A stretch of 64,000 bases of DNA from a virus (Duplodnaviria; Caudoviricetes), in IMG/VR virus record IMGVR_UViG_3300044266_000349, positions 11,149-75,148 of that record; one strand, 5' to 3'. Of this stretch, positions 57,963-64,000 are shown piece after piece. Position 1 is the first letter of the stretch, and every line of letters starts with the position of its first letter. The notes beneath the pieces are model-generated. The model ran no database searches. It saw only the letters and a list, made by a program, of their open reading frames with translations, and had not been told where the DNA came from. Made by a program: the position numbers and the translations under genes.

Positions 57963-60900
57963 ATGACAACAAAAGTAAACACCTCGCAGATTGCTGATGG
58001 AGCAATCACAGCAGCAAAAATTAGTTCAAGTGTTCAGCTAGGTGGACCAACAATTACAGCAATTGGATATCCTGGAGACGACACGGCTGCTGATACTGCT
58101 GGAGGCCAAACAATAACACTTACCGGAACTGGATTTAAAACTGGTGCGAGTGTTATTATTAATGGCACAACGGCTAGCGTTGTTACTTTTGTTAACAGTA
58201 CATCCGTAACTTTCACCGCACCAGCACAAAGTGCAGGTAGTTATGTACTTTATTTGGTCAACACGGATGGTGGTACGGCAATTGCAGTGCCTGGTATACA
58301 ATACAGTGGTACACCAACATGGTCTACTGCGGCTGGTAGTTTAGCTACTTATACTGAAACTGTTGCCATATCAAATACTGTTACTGCAACTGGTGATACA
58401 CCAATTACATATAGTCTATACAGTGGATCATTACCTACTGGAGCATCATTAAACACAGCTTCAGGATTAATTAGTGGATCTAGCCCACTTGCAAACAATG
58501 CTACCACATATAATTTTACAATTAGAGCAACAGACTTACAAAAACAAGATACAGACAGAGCATTCAGTATCACTATTAATCCTGATGTGGTGACTTGGTC
58601 GAGCCCAGCGAACGGTGTCACATATTCAGTTGCTACAAATTCTCCAATTAGCAACGTTTCTTTAAGTGCAACGGCAGCGAGTGGGCAAACAATTACATAC
58701 ACCGCAAATTCTTTACCCACAGGGCTGACACTCAGTGGAAATACAGTAAGTGGTACACCTACTGTGGCAGGAAGCACAAACACATTGGTAACTGCAACGG
58801 CCAACAACACAAGTAAAACAGCAGTACAAATTATAAACTGGACGGTGAGTGTTGCCGCAGATACTTATTTTCCATATGTTACAACATTATTGAGTGCAAG
58901 CACACCAACTGGAAATACTTTTGTTAGTGATGCGAGTACAAATAGTTTTGCAATTACAACAAACGGGCCCCCAAGACCAAATAACTTTAATCCATATACA
59001 TCCGGTTATTATAGTTGTTATTTTGATGGCACAGGTGATTATTTAACATCTGCATCCAATGCTAGTTTAGGGTTTGGAACAGGCGATTTCACTATTGAAA
59101 TGTGGATTTATGCGAACAGTTTTCCTGGTACATACAACGCACTATTTGATATGACACAGTACACAACTGGTATTTTGTGTAGATACCAAAGTGGAACAGA
59201 CAGTTTATATATTGCAGGCACCGCTTACAATTGGAACCCCACTACAAATTTTCCATTGAATCAATGGAATCATCTAGCATTAACAAGAGCTTCTGGTGCT
59301 GTAAAACTTTTTGTTAATGGAACATCTGTATTAAGTGTTAGCAACTCTGCCGATTTAGGTTCATCAAACAACATGAGAATTGGTGACTCGCAACATGCTA
59401 CCGGATATACATGGCCTGGTTATGTTTCTAATTTTAGAGCAATTAAAGGATCAGCACTCTACACCAGCAATTTTACTCCTCCTACTAGCCCACTAACAGC
59501 TGTCGCCAATACTGGCTTATTGATGTGTCAGAGCAATAGATTAATAGACAGCAGTAGTAATAATCTGGCCATCACCAAAAATGGTGATACTACAATTTCC
59601 GGATTTATTCCATTTACACCAAATACCAGTTATTCATCGTATGGTAGTGGATATTTTAGTGGCACATCAGATTATTTATCACTCACAAGCACATCCAACT
59701 TCACCAGCACCCAAAACTGGTCTGTTGAAGCGTGGGTTTATCCAACAGCACTCACATCAAGCAATTATAATCAAGTGTTCTGTGGAACAGGTTTTAGTTT
59801 TGGTAATTACAGTGGCACACTCTATATAACAAATAATAGTGCAGGAATATTATCGGGTGGCACATTTGTATTGAACGCTTGGCAGCATATAGCAGTAGTT
59901 AATACTGCCAGCACTTCAATGAAATTATATTTAAATGGTGTACTTACAGCCACAGGAAGTGCTTCATCGTTTACTATGGGTACCACAGCCATTGGTGCAA
60001 ATTATAATGGATCACAACTATGGAATGGTTACATCGCCGACTTAAGAGTGGTAAATAATTCGGCTTCACCTACATATTCCGCAGCCTTTACACCACCCGC
60101 ATCACCACTCACCGCAATTGCCAATACAAGTTTATTGACACTGCAAAACAATCAACCAATCAATAACAATATTTTTATTGATAACAGCACCAATAACTTC
60201 ATAATCACCAGAGCTGGCGATGCAACTCCAGGCACATTTAGCCCATATGCTGGAAGTTATAGTAATTCTTTTAATGGTAGCAGTGACTATTTAAGTTTAT
60301 CTAGTGCAATCATGGCATTAGGTAGCAATAACTTTACTTTTGAATGTTGGGTGTATTTTAACGTATTACCAACTAGTGATGCTTGGCCAGGTTCATGGAG
60401 CAGCACCGGTGTTTTAATGGGTGTTGGTTCACCCAGCCTTGGTGATGGATTCAACTTCATCGTAGGTTCCACACAAATGTTTGTACATAGTAATGACACA
60501 AAATATGGAACAGCAACACACGGCATGACAACAAACACTTGGTATCATGTTGCGTATGTCAGAAGTGGAAATACAATATATTTCTATGTTAACGGTGTAC
60601 AAAAAGGATCTGTTGCTTTCAGTGGCGCAATAGGTACAGGTTCCACCACATACATTGGTTGTGAGACCGGTCAAGGTGCATACATCAATGGTTATATTAG
60701 CAACATAAGACTTGTCAACGGGACTGCTGTATATACAACAGGATTTACGGCACCAACGGCACCACTTTCACAAGTCGCAGGCACCGTACTATTAACATGT
60801 CAAAACAGCCGATTCGTTGATGTGAATGCATATACTCCGATTACAGTAAGCGGATCACCAACAGTACAAAAATTTAATCCATTTTCATTATATACTCAAA

Positions 60901-62747
60901 CAACACCAGCAAATACTACTGGTTACAGTGTAAATTTTGACAATTCAAGTTATCTATCAATTTCTGCCAACTCAGCATTTGCAACAGGAACAAGTGACTA
61001 CACAATTGAATGTTGGGTTTATCATATTGCTCGTCCAAGCGCAGGTGGTTTAGATGCTATCTATGATCCAAGAACCGCAGATGATACGTCAGCTCCTGGT
61101 TATCAAATAGGAAGTTCAGGAAATTTAATATGGGCATATTCAGGTGGTGTACAATATACATCAGCTAACACTGTTCCTCTAGCTACATGGACACACGTGG
61201 CTTGGGTGAGACAATCAAATACACTTTACACATATATTAATGGTGTAAAAGATAGCAACTCAGCATCAATGTCCGGTAACTGGACTGGCAACCAACCTAA
61301 AATTGGAGGAACAAACAACGGCACTGCTGGTGCATATCAATTTTATGGATTGATTTCCAATTTTAGAATGACGAAATCAGCTGTGTACACAGCCACATTT
61401 ACGCCAACTACAAGCCCACTGACCACTACAAGTCAAGGCGTGTCATCAACAAACGTGGCCATATTGGCTTGTCAGAATTCAAGTGTTATTGATAATAGCC
61501 CAAACGTTTGGACAATAACTTCTGGTGCTGGATCACCTGCACCAAACATGAACAATCCATTTGGTTATACGAGTTCATCTTCAAATACATATACACCAAG
61601 TACGTTAGGTGGCAGTATGTATTTTGATGGTACAGGCGATTATTTAAATGCCACCGGTTCAAATTTAGTTGTAGGCACCGGAATGTTTACCCTTGAAACG
61701 TGGGTTTATCCTACCGCAGACAACACCTATGATGGATTTGTAAGTAGTGTTTATTTGAGTTCCTATGTGGGTATAAGTATGTCTTTAGACAAAGCCTGGA
61801 TAGGCACATCACTTTCCTTGCCTGCTTCTTTTTCGTGGAGATCATACATTACACTTAATGCATGGAATCATCTTGCTATGACGAGAGATAGTGGTGGTTT
61901 AGTGAGATGGTTTGTAAATGGAGTTCTTCTTAGCACCTCTACTCAAAACGTTTCAAATATAAATTCTCCTTCAATAGTTGTAGGAAGAAGATATATTGAT
62001 GATGTATATTATGCAACAGGTTACATATCAGATCCTAGATTAATAATAGGATCTGCTTTATATACTTCGTCATTTGTACCACCTAGTGCGCCATTAACCG
62101 CAATTAAAAATAGTAATTTTTTATTGAATGGTACTACCGCAGGAGTTTATGATAGTAGCACACGGGCTGATTTTCAAACGGTTGGAACAGCACAAATTAA
62201 TACTGCCGTTAAAAAATATGGAAATTCAAGTGTATATTTCGATGGTAGTTCATCATATCTAAAAGCCTATCAGGGATCAAATTTTCAATTAGGAACCGGA
62301 GATTTTACGATTGAATGTTGGAGTTATTTGACTTCAAGAGCACAGTCATATCCTGCTATTTTTAGTAATTACAATAGTTTTACTGGTGGATCACTAGCAT
62401 TATTTGCTGGACACGGAAGTTCCACAACTACACAATATCAAGTTGCGATCAACGGTAGTTTTCCAGCCATTAATGCGGGCACAATCGTTTACAATACTTG
62501 GGTGCATTTAGCAGTTGTTCGTTCTGGTTCTACAGTCACACTATACGTCAATGGATCCAGTGTGGGTACAGCTACCAGTTCAGCCTCACTTAATGGTGTT
62601 GGATCAGTATTTTATGTTGGTACAACGGGAGATTCAATTTCGACTGGTTGTATACAAGGTTACCTATCTGATTTCAGAATCACCAAAGGATACGCAAGAT
62701 ACACAGGTAATTTCACGCCATCAACTACACCATTTATAACCAAATAA
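57963..62747 (+). CDS. large adhesin-like virion protein: IPT/TIG and Ig-like domains plus about six LamG/ConA-like domains
   Basis: Repeated YFDGTGDYL...FTIExW...WxHxAxxR...GYISNxR...FTPPTxPLT; late motif at 57929. Confidence 0.85.
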   Translation: MTTKVNTSQIADGAITAAKISSSVQLGGPTITAIGYPGDDTAADTAGGQTITLTGTGFKTGASVIINGTTASVVTFVNSTSVTFTAPAQSAGSYVLYLVNTDGGTAIAVPGIQYSGTPTWSTAAGSLATYTETVAISNTVTATGDTPITYSLYSGSLPTGASLNTASGLISGSSPLANNATTYNFTIRATDLQKQDTDRAFSITINPDVVTWSSPANGVTYSVATNSPISNVSLSATAASGQTITYTANSLPTGLTLSGNTVSGTPTVAGSTNTLVTATANNTSKTAVQIINWTVSVAADTYFPYVTTLLSASTPTGNTFVSDASTNSFAITTNGPPRPNNFNPYTSGYYSCYFDGTGDYLTSASNASLGFGTGDFTIEMWIYANSFPGTYNALFDMTQYTTGILCRYQSGTDSLYIAGTAYNWNPTTNFPLNQWNHLALTRASGAVKLFVNGTSVLSVSNSADLGSSNNMRIGDSQHATGYTWPGYVSNFRAIKGSALYTSNFTPPTSPLTAVANTGLLMCQSNRLIDSSSNNLAITKNGDTTISGFIPFTPNTSYSSYGSGYFSGTSDYLSLTSTSNFTSTQNWSVEAWVYPTALTSSNYNQVFCGTGFSFGNYSGTLYITNNSAGILSGGTFVLNAWQHIAVVNTASTSMKLYLNGVLTATGSASSFTMGTTAIGANYNGSQLWNGYIADLRVVNNSASPTYSAAFTPPASPLTAIANTSLLTLQNNQPINNNIFIDNSTNNFIITRAGDATPGTFSPYAGSYSNSFNGSSDYLSLSSAIMALGSNNFTFECWVYFNVLPTSDAWPGSWSSTGVLMGVGSPSLGDGFNFIVGSTQMFVHSNDTKYGTATHGMTTNTWYHVAYVRSGNTIYFYVNGVQKGSVAFSGAIGTGSTTYIGCETGQGAYINGYISNIRLVNGTAVYTTGFTAPTAPLSQVAGTVLLTCQNSRFVDVNAYTPITVSGSPTVQKFNPFSLYTQTTPANTTGYSVNFDNSSYLSISANSAFATGTSDYTIECWVYHIARPSAGGLDAIYDPRTADDTSAPGYQIGSSGNLIWAYSGGVQYTSANTVPLATWTHVAWVRQSNTLYTYINGVKDSNSASMSGNWTGNQPKIGGTNNGTAGAYQFYGLISNFRMTKSAVYTATFTPTTSPLTTTSQGVSSTNVAILACQNSSVIDNSPNVWTITSGAGSPAPNMNNPFGYTSSSSNTYTPSTLGGSMYFDGTGDYLNATGSNLVVGTGMFTLETWVYPTADNTYDGFVSSVYLSSYVGISMSLDKAWIGTSLSLPASFSWRSYITLNAWNHLAMTRDSGGLVRWFVNGVLLSTSTQNVSNINSPSIVVGRRYIDDVYYATGYISDPRLIIGSALYTSSFVPPSAPLTAIKNSNFLLNGTTAGVYDSSTRADFQTVGTAQINTAVKKYGNSSVYFDGSSSYLKAYQGSNFQLGTGDFTIECWSYLTSRAQSYPAIFSNYNSFTGGSLALFAGHGSSTTTQYQVAINGSFPAINAGTIVYNTWVHLAVVRSGSTVTLYVNGSSVGTATSSASLNGVGSVFYVGTTGDSISTGCIQGYLSDFRITKGYARYTGNFTPSTTPFITK

Positions 62748-62773
62748 ATAATGGATTCATTTAAAGAGTTGCT

Positions 62774-64000
<1,227 letters not shown>

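Overview
AT-rich 64-kb segment of a large T4-like myophage genome, uncultured freshwater type. The host is inferred to be a betaproteobacterium, from the tmRNA tag and envelope genes. 1-7.9 kb: tightly packed small early genes, including a metallophosphoesterase, a DenV-like glycosylase and two PD-(D/E)xK nucleases. 7.9-9.6 kb: a circularly permuted two-piece tmRNA (tag ANDEKFALAA), then an outer-membrane beta-barrel, an Ala/Lys-rich exported peptide and an SleB-type wall hydrolase. 9.7-12 kb: gp33, gp59, a HAD phosphatase and gp32. 12-17.6 kb (minus strand): gp4, gp2, gp54, gp26/gp51 and two gp29-like hub/tape-measure genes. 17.6-38 kb: baseplate genes (gp48, 53, 27-like, split gp5, 25, 6, 7, 8, split DUF4815 protein). 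38-64 kb: fibre/adhesin genes interleaved with modifying enzymes. Best leads: (1) the permuted tmRNA; (2) a candidate -1 frameshift (U UUU UUC) fusing gp26 to gp51 upstream of the tape-measure-like genes, like lambda G/GT; (3) a possible virion glycosylation system made of an 869-aa Thr/Ser/Trp-repeat protein beside a KpsS/KpsC-like transferase, plus a prolyl-hydroxylase-like oxygenase and a GT4-methyltransferase fusion beside Gly-Pro-Thr collagen fibres. All calls come from motif recognition by eye; no database searches were run.
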